This document shows positions 23,010-32,915 of a stretch of 64,000 nt of DNA, piece after piece (within the stretch, counting starts at the first letter, position 1; each line of letters opens with the position of its first letter). The notes beneath the pieces are model-generated. The model did no database searches, had not been told where the DNA came from, and worked only from the letters and a program-made list of their open reading frames with translations. The DNA lies in contig CAVYNY010000008.1 in the NCBI GenBank assembly GCA_963769935.1, positions 32,001 through 96,000 of the forward strand, in the 5' to 3' direction. The position numbers and the translations under genes are program-made. Origin of the DNA: an uncultured delta proteobacterium (lineage in GTDB: Bacteria; Desulfobacterota; Desulfobacteria; Desulfobacterales; JAFDCJ01).

Positions 23010-23780
23010 TTATTCCCCGGTGAATAGCGGCTCACGCTTTTCCAAAAATGCACTAAAGCCTTCGACGCGATCCTTGGATGCGCCGACAACGGCACTGCCC
23101 TCCTCTTCAACCTTTAGCCCCCGTTCGAAGCCTTCATACTCACCGGCGGAGATGGCTTTCAGAACACAACTTACCGCCAGCGGCGGCCGTTTCATCAGCT
23201 TCTCCGCAAATTCAACGGCTGCATCCATTAGTTTCTCAGGCGGCGACAGGCGGTTGGCAAGTCCGCATTCAAGGGCCTGCTGCGGGTCAAGCCGCGTGCT
23301 GAACAGGATCATATCCAAGGCCCTGGCTTTGCCCACAATCCGGGTCAGCCGCTGGGTGCCGCCCCAGCCGGGAATGATGCCGACGTTGAGCTCCGTCAGT
23401 CCGATGTTTAATTTGGGGTTATCCGCCACGATCCTGAAATGACAGCTCAAGGCCAGTTCCAGCCCTCCGGCAAGAACATGACCGTTGATGGCGGCAATGA
23501 CCGGTTTTGCAAAACGATCCAATCGGGTCCAGAGTTGCCGTCCCTTGGGTGAGGTTTTATGCGAGTTGGCCGAATCACTGAGATCAAAGCCGGCGGAAAA
23601 AGCCTTCTCGCCGCCGCCGGTGATAATAAGCACCCGCAGCGCTTTATCGTTTTCAACGTCATCGATGGCTCTTTCAAAATCGGACATCATGCCCCAATTC
23701 CAGGCGTTTACCGGGGGATGGTTGAGCGTGATGATGCAGATGTGGCCCTTCTTCTCTACAATCAGATTTTCGTAATCCAT
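23010..23780 (-). CDS. Enoyl-CoA hydratase/isomerase (crotonase family)
   Basis: AFSAGFDL, AINGHVLAGGLELAL, ELNVGIIPGWGGTQRL. Confidence 0.92.
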   Translation of the reverse strand: MDYENLIVEKKGHICIITLNHPPVNAWNWGMMSDFERAIDDVENDKALRVLIITGGGEKAFSAGFDLSDSANSHKTSPKGRQLWTRLDRFAKPVIAAINGHVLAGGLELALSCHFRIVADNPKLNIGLTELNVGIIPGWGGTQRLTRIVGKARALDMILFSTRLDPQQALECGLANRLSPPEKLMDAAVEFAEKLMKRPPLAVSCVLKAISAGEYEGFERGLKVEEEGSAVVGASKDRVEGFSAFLEKREPLFTGE

Positions 23781-23800
23781 TTGATTCTCCTTTTAATGAC

Positions 23801-23962
23801 TAAGGGTTCACGAAAAAATTAATTCACGGTTTTAGGCGCTGAGGCGCTCTTGCGGCAAGGCGCGAAAACGCAGGAATATCTGGATATTCCGAGCTTTCGC
23901 AACGCAGCCGCAAGAGATGCATCGGCGTATAAAATGTGAAGTTATATTTGAGCGAGCCCTAA
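23801..23962. mobile_element. About 160-bp imperfect palindrome, MITE-like
   Basis: Nested arms AGGG/CCCT, TTCAC/GTGAA, CTCTTGCGGC/GCCGCAAGAG, GCGAAA/TTTCGC, GGAATATC/GATATTCC. Confidence 0.65.
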
Positions 23963-23974
23963 GGCCGAGATAAA

Positions 23975-24066
23975 GGTTTCAGGTGTCAGATCCTCATAGG
24001 TTTCAGGTGTCAGGTGTCAGCCCAGCCGCCGGCCAAAACAACGGCCGGTCTGATCATAAAAGAAAC
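23975..24066 (+). repeat. TTTCAGG/TGTCAGG 7-mer-headed repeat family
   Basis: GTTTCAGGTGTCAG followed by a GGCC-rich stem and GATC..AAAG; related copies at 37191..37260 and (reverse) 48853..48913. Confidence 0.7.
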
Positions 24067-24495
24067 TTTTGGAAATCGGACACAGTTGGATTTAATATCA
24101 CGCCCACTTTCAGGCTTCGCTCTTCGAGCTACGACCCGACAAGCCGTTAGAGCTCACAGAGACCGCAGAGAACATTTTTCTTTCGCCGCAGGCGCCTGTA
24201 AACCCAGACCTCTGTGATCTCCGAGCGCTCTGTGTGAGATGTAGTTTCATACGAGGTGTCAGCAGGAAGACGGACACTATCTAATTTTTCATAGCTGAAA
24301 TCTCGAACATTACACAATCAGCTTAAAGGTTCCAAAGGAATTGGCCAGCCCCTTAATTCCAATTTATCATTTATCTGATACTCCTGTGCTTCTTCAGCTA
24401 CCTGCCAACGCCGATCTCTTGCTGAAACCTTTTTACGGCTGATGCCTAAAACTTAAAGCGTCATTAAGATGTCCGATGCCAATTCAAAAACATTA

Positions 24496-25701
24496 TCAAT
24501 TGAGCGGCGTCATCGACTCAATAAACGCTTCCAACCGCGTCTCCACCTGCGCATCCGAATACGCCCGGGGATCATTCTGGTCGGCTTCTATGACAACGCC
24601 GGGCTTGCCCGTCATTTTGGCCAGTTCATCCTGCATACGGTACATGCCTATGGAATAAGGCTTGCAGGAGCGGTTGGAGTGCATGATAAAGCCGGTTAGC
24701 GAGAACTCATCGATCAATCCGGCCAGATATTTGATCCTGTCTTCAAAGCCGGTATTAATGTAAACGTTCAAATAGCTTTTGGCGACGGCTTCATATGGAT
24801 CGTCGTTTTCTTCTACGGAATAATTGCTGTATTGGCCCCAGCTGTTGGCATAGGTAGTTACGACCAGCGTACACTTCTGTTCTTCGAAGAATTGCTCCAG
24901 GCGCCGCATTTTAAACCACACCGGCAGATTGTCCCAGAGCACGCGGTATTTTTCTTCAGGCAATGATCCTATTTTTTGGGCAGCCCGTTCGGCGATTTCT
25001 TCATAGAGCATTTTGTTATAATCCACACACGCCCGGGTGCCGCGCAGGGTGACGATGGGACCTAAATGGATAAATGTGTCCAGACTGTTGAAGGGCGAAG
25101 GAATCGTCTTGCCCAGTTGAAGCAATTTTTGCCAGTAGCCGGCGGCCTCCCGGCTTAAGCGAAGCACTTCCTTCAGCCGGTCACGGTCAAACGGCTTACC
25201 GGTAAAATCAGCCAGGAATTTTTCAAGATCCTTGAATTGGGAAACCGTGTAGTCGATCAGGTCCTGTGTCAGACCGTCATGCAAAAACGGCGTGTCAACG
25301 ATGAAAAGCGGCACATCGTATTTGCGGGCGATCACTTCATACCACTTGATTACCGTTTTGCAGATGTTGGTGGAGCACAAGAGAAAATGCGGCGCCGGCA
25401 GGCCGGCTGCCGGACCGCCCTGGGTAATGTCGGCGCCGAAATCGGTTCGGGCATAAGCGCAGATATCCTGAGAAAAACCTTCCGCTTCCGCCGCTTCCAT
25501 CAATTCAATGGATTGATGGTTGGCCGCACACATGGCGGCATAGTTTTCCGGGTAAATCGGCAGGATGTCCATGGCATATAGAAACTCCACCGGTGCACCG
25601 CTGGTGATCCAGGCGATCGGCTTTTCCTTGGTGGTTTTAGCTTCAATATAGTAGTTCGTCAGAAGCTCTTTCATTTTATGGTAAGCGTTGAATTTGGTCA
25701 T
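24496..25701 (-). CDS. 2-hydroxyacyl-CoA dehydratase / class I benzoyl-CoA reductase family subunit (HgdA/BcrB-like)
   Basis: YPENYAA, DICAYAR, TNICKTVIKW, SNRSCKP, IEADQND.R..Q.ETRLEAF. Confidence 0.88.
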   Translation of the reverse strand: MTKFNAYHKMKELLTNYYIEAKTTKEKPIAWITSGAPVEFLYAMDILPIYPENYAAMCAANHQSIELMEAAEAEGFSQDICAYARTDFGADITQGGPAAGLPAPHFLLCSTNICKTVIKWYEVIARKYDVPLFIVDTPFLHDGLTQDLIDYTVSQFKDLEKFLADFTGKPFDRDRLKEVLRLSREAAGYWQKLLQLGKTIPSPFNSLDTFIHLGPIVTLRGTRACVDYNKMLYEEIAERAAQKIGSLPEEKYRVLWDNLPVWFKMRRLEQFFEEQKCTLVVTTYANSWGQYSNYSVEENDDPYEAVAKSYLNVYINTGFEDRIKYLAGLIDEFSLTGFIMHSNRSCKPYSIGMYRMQDELAKMTGKPGVVIEADQNDPRAYSDAQVETRLEAFIESMTPLN

Positions 25702-25741
25702 GACGGTATTTCTTTCCCCAAAATTTTTCCTATCTTATGGG

Positions 25742-25965
25742 ACACGGATCTTCACGGATTGACACAGATATTATAATAGCTGATAAGCTGCTGAGCTGGT
25801 AAGCAATAAGCATAAAATACTTCAATATTTTAAGAACGTACAGCTTACGAACCTACGAAATCATGAGCTAATCTATTCTATTCGCCTACGAACTCACGAA
25901 CTTAAGAGCTTACCAGCTCAATAGCTCAAGAGCTTGCCAGCTTATCAACTCAATAGCTTACCAGC
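25742..25965. repeat. Intergenic 9-mer (CACGGAT) and 8-mer (AGCTTACG-like) tandem arrays
   Basis: Degenerate 8-nt-period units in inverted blocks; same family at about 3563..3660 and 44500..44725. Confidence 0.7.
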
Positions 25966-27084
25966 TTAGGAACTTCTTTCCAGTATTTCACAAAACGCAT
26001 TAACCCTGGTCCTGACAGCATCAAAGTTGGTCATGGTCAGCTCCAGATCGATGAAAGCCACCGGTATGCCTGCATCTTTGAGATGTTTCATCAGCTGGGG
26101 CCGATCGAAGGCGTCCGGTTCGCAAAATTTTATGTACCAGAATAAAACCCCGTCCGCACCGGACGCTTTTACTTTATTCAGCAGGTAGGGATGGCGGTCA
26201 TTGTCGGGATTGTAAATACAGCAGCAAGGCGCCGGATTGAAAAGGTATTCGGTGATGCCTTCCACCAGGTTGTCGGTTTGCAGGACTTCCTTGGATACCG
26301 TCCGCCAACCGTCGGCAAAGTCGTCGTCCACAATCCAGGCGCCGGATTCATCGAAGATTTTATAAATCTCGAGGGGGTCAAAAACCATTCCGCACAGGAG
26401 CAGTTTCGGGCGGTTGAGATCGTCTGCGGCTAGCTTTTCAAGCTTGCCAAGCAAATCCTCCAACATTCGAGTGTAAGCATCGGCGGGCAGGAAGAAGCCG
26501 GCCTTGATGACCGTATAAAAATCATGGTTTTTAACCAGGCCGGGTTTATCGCGCCGGACCTGGTAAAGCCGGCGTTGCAGCGTCCGCATCCGACCATAGA
26601 TACCGGCGGCTTTCGTCAGCGAATCCGGCGTAATCCGTTTTCCGGTAACCGCTTCCAGTCCATCGGTTGCGGATTTAACCACACTTTTGAGATAGCCGCG
26701 CCGGGCCTCCGCGGTGCGGGTAATCGGAATGGAGAGCTCCAGAGTCGGTTTGGGGATGATCCGGCGATAAATTTCCCTCAAATTGATCAGCGTGTCGCAC
26801 AGCGAGGTAAACGCATAGGCCTTTACCATGTGGGCAATGCCCCGCAATTCGAGCTCCAGCACTGAACGCGCCACCGAACAGCAATAGGACTGAAGATAGG
26901 CATCCGCTTTTTCAATCGGCAAATTGTTGCCCCACAACTGAACGGGATAGCCACCGGCGGCTTCAATCAGCTCCATAGGGAAATAGGCCGGCATGACGCC
27001 GATCACCGGGCGGTCCAGTTCTTTTTCATATTTCAGGATCGTTTGCGAAACGTTTCCGACGACTTCATGGAATACTTCAAACAT
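25966..27084 (-). CDS. 2-hydroxyacyl-CoA dehydratase / class I benzoyl-CoA reductase family subunit (HgdB/BcrC-like)
   Basis: YFPMELIEAAG, SYCCSVA, SLCDT, IKFCEP, RTRVNAF; alternative start at 27111. Confidence 0.88.
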   Translation of the reverse strand: MFEVFHEVVGNVSQTILKYEKELDRPVIGVMPAYFPMELIEAAGGYPVQLWGNNLPIEKADAYLQSYCCSVARSVLELELRGIAHMVKAYAFTSLCDTLINLREIYRRIIPKPTLELSIPITRTAEARRGYLKSVVKSATDGLEAVTGKRITPDSLTKAAGIYGRMRTLQRRLYQVRRDKPGLVKNHDFYTVIKAGFFLPADAYTRMLEDLLGKLEKLAADDLNRPKLLLCGMVFDPLEIYKIFDESGAWIVDDDFADGWRTVSKEVLQTDNLVEGITEYLFNPAPCCCIYNPDNDRHPYLLNKVKASGADGVLFWYIKFCEPDAFDRPQLMKHLKDAGIPVAFIDLELTMTNFDAVRTRVNAFCEILERSS

Positions 27085-27176
27085 ATTTTCTGCCCCTTGT
27101 GCTGATTCCATTCTGACCTGCTATAGAGAAATTTTCTGCCCACCCCAGCAAGATATTTTGAGGTGGGCAGAAAATA

Positions 27177-28382
27177 TTAGTAGTCCTCCCGCTCGATGAT
27201 CGTGGCCACACCCTGACCGCCGCCGACGCAGGCATTGGAACAGCCGTAGCGGCCGCCTTTGGCTTCCAAAATGCGGGCCAAGGTTCCCGTCAGACGAATG
27301 CCGGTCGCACCCAGCGGATGGCCGATCGCCGTCCCACCGCCCATTACGTTGACGCGCTCCGGGTCGAGCCCCAGTTCCTTGATGCAGTTGAGCGCCACGA
27401 TACAAAATGCTTCATTGATTTCCCAGAAGTCTATATCAGACGCTTTCAGTCCGGCTCTATCAAGGGCCTTTTGGCTGGCCGGAACCGGACCGTGTCCCAT
27501 GATGGTGGGATCCACGCCGGCAAATCCGATCGAGCGGATTGTCGCCAGGGGTTTGATGCCCTTCTTTTTGGCAGTTTCCTTGGACATCAGCACCATGGAG
27601 GTCGCGGCGGCATTTAAAGGCGATGAGATGCCGGCCGTGATGACGCCGTCTTTTTTAAATGCCGGCTTCAGGGAAGCGAGGCCCTCCAGGGTGGTGTCGG
27701 CCCGGACGGCCTGGTCTTTGTCCACCACCATCATCGAACCGTCGGCCTGCTCGGCTTCGATGGGCAAAATTTCGCCGTCAAAAAAGCCGTCTTCCTGAGA
27801 TTTGGCAGCGCGCCGGTGGGAGCGTACCGCCCATTTATCCATGTCTTCTTTGGTATAGTCTGTCAGGGCAAAAAGTTTTTCGGCGGTCAACCCCATGTTC
27901 ATGGCGGTCATCATGTCCCAGTGCTGGTACTTGGGATCCATGAAAAGAGTCATGTTGGGAACAATAGCACCCCGGTCTATCAGGGGTCCGCCCATGGGAA
28001 CCCGGGTCATGTGCTCCATTCCGCCCACCAGAACGATGTCGGCAAAATCCTGGGCGATTTCCATAAAGCCGATGTGAATGCCGGCCATGGCCGAGCCGCA
28101 CTGTTGATCAACAAATTTGGCGGCAATCGAACTTGGCAAATTGGCTAGAAATAAAGGATTGCGCCCGCCGTACGTCCATTGCTCGCTGACACCGGTGGCG
28201 CAGCCCACCAGAAAATCATCGATTTCTTCGGGTTCAACGCTGCTTCTCTTGATTACTTCCGGCAAAAGCTTGGCCAGCAGTTCGTCGGACCTCATTTTAC
28301 AAAACCAATCCCGGGCCGGGTCATTGGGTCTTGACCGCGACTGAGCGGTTCTTAGATATCCAGCGATGACAACTTCTTTCAT
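27177..28382 (-). CDS. Acetyl-CoA C-acyltransferase (thiolase)
   Basis: QQCGSA, EINEAF, GHPLGATG, ACVGGGQG. Confidence 0.93.
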   Translation of the reverse strand: MKEVVIAGYLRTAQSRSRPNDPARDWFCKMRSDELLAKLLPEVIKRSSVEPEEIDDFLVGCATGVSEQWTYGGRNPLFLANLPSSIAAKFVDQQCGSAMAGIHIGFMEIAQDFADIVLVGGMEHMTRVPMGGPLIDRGAIVPNMTLFMDPKYQHWDMMTAMNMGLTAEKLFALTDYTKEDMDKWAVRSHRRAAKSQEDGFFDGEILPIEAEQADGSMMVVDKDQAVRADTTLEGLASLKPAFKKDGVITAGISSPLNAAATSMVLMSKETAKKKGIKPLATIRSIGFAGVDPTIMGHGPVPASQKALDRAGLKASDIDFWEINEAFCIVALNCIKELGLDPERVNVMGGGTAIGHPLGATGIRLTGTLARILEAKGGRYGCSNACVGGGQGVATIIEREDY

Positions 28383-28454
28383 GATGTTTCCTCCTTATTT
28401 GGTATTTGTTTGAGATTTGTTTTTGTGCTTGGAATTTTAATATGAGCGAAACGG

Positions 28455-30586
28455 CTATTCCTGATAAAACGCTTTACCGGATTCGGCCATCTCTTTAATC
28501 AGATCCGCGGGCTTGAAGCGCAGCCCGTAACGTTTCTCAAGCTCCACCAGCTTCTGGTAGACATTCTTCAGCCCCCATTTGTCGGCATAGCGCAGAATAC
28601 CGCCGCGATAGGGGGGAAAGCCGGTGCCGTAAATCATGGCCAGGTCCATATCCTGCGGACGGTCGCAGATGCCCTCTTCAATCATGAGGGCCGCCTCGTT
28701 GATGCCAAGGGAAAGCAGGGTGTCGGTTATCTCCTCTTTCGACATCTTTTTGGGTGCTACCCCGTGGTCCTTGAGGTATTTCTGCACCACCTCTACGACC
28801 TTGGGATTGGGGACCGGCTTAGGACCGCTGTAGTCAAAATATCCGGCCCCGGTTTTACGGCCATAGCACCCGGTTTGATAAATCAATTCCGTCAGTGGAT
28901 GCACTTTGTATCTCGCGCCCAATCTCTTTTCAAAGGTCTTGTTCACATGGTAGCCGATATCGATGCCGGTCAGATCCGACAGCGTGGCCGGCCCCATGGG
29001 CATGCCGAAATCCAGCATAGCGGCTTCAATGGCGGCGCCGTCCACACCATCGGCCGTCAGGTAAACCGCTCCGCCCAAAAGACCGCTCAGCTGTCTGGAC
29101 ACATAAAATCCCGGTCCGTCATTGACGACGATGGGTATTTTCTTGATGGTCCGGGCGAAAGCCACACTGGATGCCAGCGTCTGGTCGGATGTTTTTTGAG
29201 CACAAATAATTTCCAACAGCTGCATGCGGTGGGCCGGATTGAAGAAATGCAGTCCAATCATGCGGCCGGGATCTTTTAATACGGATGCCATCTCGGTGAT
29301 GGGCAGCGCCGATGTGTTGGTGGCAAAAATGACATCCGGTCGGCAGATGCCTTCCAGTTTTTGCCAGATGCCCTGTTTGACCTGCATGTCTTCCAAAACG
29401 GCTTCAATGATCAGATCCACATCTTTGAGCTCGTCCAGCGAAGTGGTCGTCTTCAGCTTATGTTCCAGCAGGTCGTCCAGGCCGGCCTGGGTCATTTTCC
29501 GCCTTTTGATCGGATAATCAAAGGTTTTACGAACCGAACTCTACCCCCTTGGCGACGGCCTGGTCGTTAATTTCCCACAGCGTCGTTTGATAGCCGCCGT
29601 TAAGCAGCAGGTTCACAATGCCCGAACCCATGACACCGGCACCGAGCATGGCGACCTTTTTGACGGGTACCGGCTGCAGGCCCTTAATCCTCGGCAGCCT
29701 GCCGGCAGCGCGGGTATTCAGAAAGATGCCGATCAGATTTTTGGCCACATCCGATACCGCACAGTCGGCAAAGAGGTCGGCTTCTCTTTGCCAGATCCGC
29801 ATCGATGTCATAGCTCAGGCCCTTGTCGATCGCTTCGACCGCTTTAAAGGGGGCAATATAGCCTTTGGCCTGGGCCGCCGTCATGGCCTTGGTGAAGTCC
29901 ATGAGCGCTTTTTTTTCGGCAGCACTGGGAATCCAGTAGTGCCGGTTGCGGGTGGCCCGGGCTTTAATATTCAATTCACGGGCGGCAAACCGTCCGGCCG
30001 CTTTTACAGCGGCAGCAAGCAGCTTCTCGGGATCGGTCACTTCATCGACCAGCCCTCTTTGATGAGCTACTTCAGCTTTGATGGGTTTGCCCATGGTGAT
30101 CATTTCCAGGGCATAGCGCAGGCCGATCAAACGCGGCAGCCTCTGGGTACCGCCGGCCCCGGGAATGAGCCCGATCTGAACTTCCGGCTGACCGAGATTG
30201 ATTCCTTTAACGGCGACCCGATAGTGGCAGCACATCGCGATTTCCAGCCCGCCGCCCAGGCAGTTGCCGTTGATGGCGGCCACCACCGCTTTGGGTCCGG
30301 TTTCGATGCTGTTGAGAAAATGCATGTTGGCCTTCATCTTCGGCAGCAGTTCTGCTTTGGTTTTAACATCTTTAATCTGCGTGATGTCGGCGCCGGCAAT
30401 AAAATTGTTGCCGCTGCCGGTGAGCACCAGGGCTTTTACCCCATCATCCCCAAATGCCTCGCTGACGGCTTGCGCCAGTTCCAGCACGAAATGCTCCGAC
30501 AGCTGGTTGACCGGCGGATTGTTCATGGTAAGCACCGCCACACCATCCTTGATCTCAACCTGAATGGTTTTAAAATCTGTCTTCAT
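28455..30586 (-). CDS. Bifunctional enoyl-CoA hydratase / 3-hydroxyacyl-CoA dehydrogenase (FadB/FadJ-type), two indels
   Basis: FIAGADI, LGGGLE, PGAGGTQRL; GAGVMGSG; ATNTSALP, GLHFFNPA, GTGFPPYRGG. Confidence 0.9.
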
Positions 30587-30618
30587 TTTTACCTCCCCCT
30601 CTCCAAATTAGCTATTGG

Positions 30619-30870
30619 TTATTCATTTCCAATGGTCTCATCAAAGGTGATATCACAGCCGGCGCCCCACTCACGATCGTAGAAGCCGTTCTTGACATAC
30701 CGGCTGAAGGATGAGTATTCCCAATCCCTGGGTGCTTTTACCAGCCCGTGCTTTACCGGATTGTAATGAAGGTAATCGACATGGGCATTATAATCCTTCT
30801 GGTCCCTAATTTGATGCTCCCAAAATCTTCGTTGCCATATGCTCCCCTCTCCATGTCCTACTCTGGACGC
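30619..30870 (-). pseudogene. C-terminal fragment of a REP-associated tyrosine transposase (RAYT)
   Basis: IWQRRFWEHQIRD..DY..HVDYLHYNPVKHG....DWEYSSF; HUH-bearing N-terminus absent; abuts GTAGGGTGGGC at 30872..30882. Confidence 0.88.
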
Positions 30871-30987
30871 CGTAGGGTGGGCTGACACCTGTCTGTCCTC
30901 CATAGCCTGAAAGGCAAAGGGGGAACACCTGAAACCTTCTTACAGCCGACACCTGAGACCTACTACATACTTTCCGAACAATGGCTG

Positions 30988-32651
30988 CTATCTATTCTTC
31001 CCGGCCTCCTCGTCCCTCAGCACCTTCCTGAGAATCTTGCCCACGGCCGACTTGGGAAGCTCAGCGCGAAATTCAACGAGTTTAGGCGATTTGTAAGCGG
31101 CTAATTTTTCCCGGCAAAAACTGATGATTTCTTCAGCCGCAGCAGTTTCACCTTCCTTCAGCACCACAAATGCTTTAACGGTTTCACCCCGGTACTCATC
31201 GGGAACGCCGACCGAAACGGCATCGGCAATTTTGGGATGCTGATAGAGCACCTCATCGATTTCACGCGGATAAATATTGTACCCACCGGCAATTATCATA
31301 TCTTTCTTGCGGTCGACAATGGAAAAATAATCGTCGTCATCCCGAACGGCGATATCACCGGTGTAAAGCCAACCGTCTTTAATCTGACCGGCCGTTTCTG
31401 CCGGATTGTTCCAGTACTCTTTCATGATCAACGGGCTCTTGAATATGATTTCACCGGGTTCGCCCTGCGCAACTTCCTCTTTGCCCTCCTCCACGTCAAC
31501 CAACCTTGACGTCCGTGTCCGGAAACGGGATCCCGATCGAACCGACCTTTTTCAGCCCCAAAGACAGGGTTGGCGATGCCCAGGGAGGTGGTTTCGCTCA
31601 TGCCCCAGCCTTCGCTGAAAGCGATTCCCATATCCCGCGCCCGCTCGATCAGCTCCACCGGCATGGGGGCGGCGCCGCTGTTTAGCAGCCCCAGTTTCTT
31701 GTCCAACTGCAGCTCGCCGGCTTTGGGATGATTTAAAATGGCGTTAATCATGGTCGGCACCGACGGGAAAAAACTGATCTCTTTGAAATTGCCCAGAATG
31801 CCCATCAATTCATCGAGTTCAAAACGCGGCACCATGATTTGGGTGGCACAGTTGAACATGGCCCAGCTCATGACCACGATCGTTCCGTAAACGTGGAAGA
31901 ATGGTAAAACGGCCAGCACGGATCGCTTTTCCGGCGGCGTCAGCCCGATCGTCGGATTGCCCCAGAGGGCACACTGCATGGTGGCCGCGACCAGATTGGC
32001 ATGGGTCAGCACGGCGCCTTTGGGAAGGCCCGTGGTGCCGCCGGTGAATTGGATCAGGGCCGGATCTTCCGGCACGACCTGAACCCTGGGAAGTCGGGTG
32101 TTCGTGCTGCTCTTCAAAAGCTGTGAAAAATGATGCCAGCCTTCTTCCAGTTCCAATTCCGCCGGGGTGCTCGTCCCGAACCCCTCGATGTAGTCGGTTA
32201 CCCGGGTAACAATAACCCGCGGGATGTCCACCTCCCGACACACGGGCCGGATGTTCGGCAGCACCCTGTCGAAGGTGAAAAGGGTGGTTACGCCGGTGTT
32301 GGCGGTCAGCTGCTTTAATTCTTCGGCAGTATACATGGGGTTCAGATTGACGCCGATAGCCCCTACGAGACAATGCGGCATAATAGGCAATGATATACTG
32401 CGGACTGGTCGGCAGATGCAGGCCCACCCGGTCTCCTTTTTTAACCCCCAGAGCGCCCAGGGCATTGGCCATGCGCAGCACCTGTTGCCGCAGCTCATAA
32501 AAGGAGATTTCGGTTCCGTAAAAGTTGGTGGCCGGTTTGTCCGGAAAGTGTTGGCGGGAAGACCGAGCAAATCGTGTGCATTGAGTCTTGGGTAGCGAAT
32601 CGTCGTGGGCACATTGTAATCATAATGCCGCAGCCAGGGTTTGTTTTCCAT
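30988..32651 (-). CDS. Long-chain fatty acid-CoA ligase, several indels
   Basis: QFTGGTTGLPKG, LPFFHVYG, EGWGMSE, YTGDIA, DRKKDMIIAGGYNIYPRE, LPKSAVGK. Confidence 0.9.
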
Positions 32652-32915
32652 ATTGCACCTCCGGTAATTTAAAGCTGATAGTGCATAGCTCATAGTTGAT
32701 AGTTTATAGCTAACAGCAAAACATCTACAGTTCCGATTAATAGTGTCATCTTACCGCTTGTATAGAACTTCACCTGGACTGAACGGCGAACAAATTAAAC
32801 GTCACATCCCGTGGTATCCAAATTCGAAATTTTGTGGGTTATCTTACTATAACTATGAGCTATCAGCTATGGGCTTTTCATCTGACACTGCCGACACGTT
32901 AAACCTTATCAATTT

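Noticed and set aside
25742..25965. Repeat arrays as a CRISPR (also 44500..44725)
   Set aside because: 8-nt degenerate units with no unique spacers and no cas genes
24496..27084. Calling the pair a benzoyl-CoA reductase
   Set aside because: No BcrA/D ATPase subunits or ring-cleavage genes in the window; only the family can be supported
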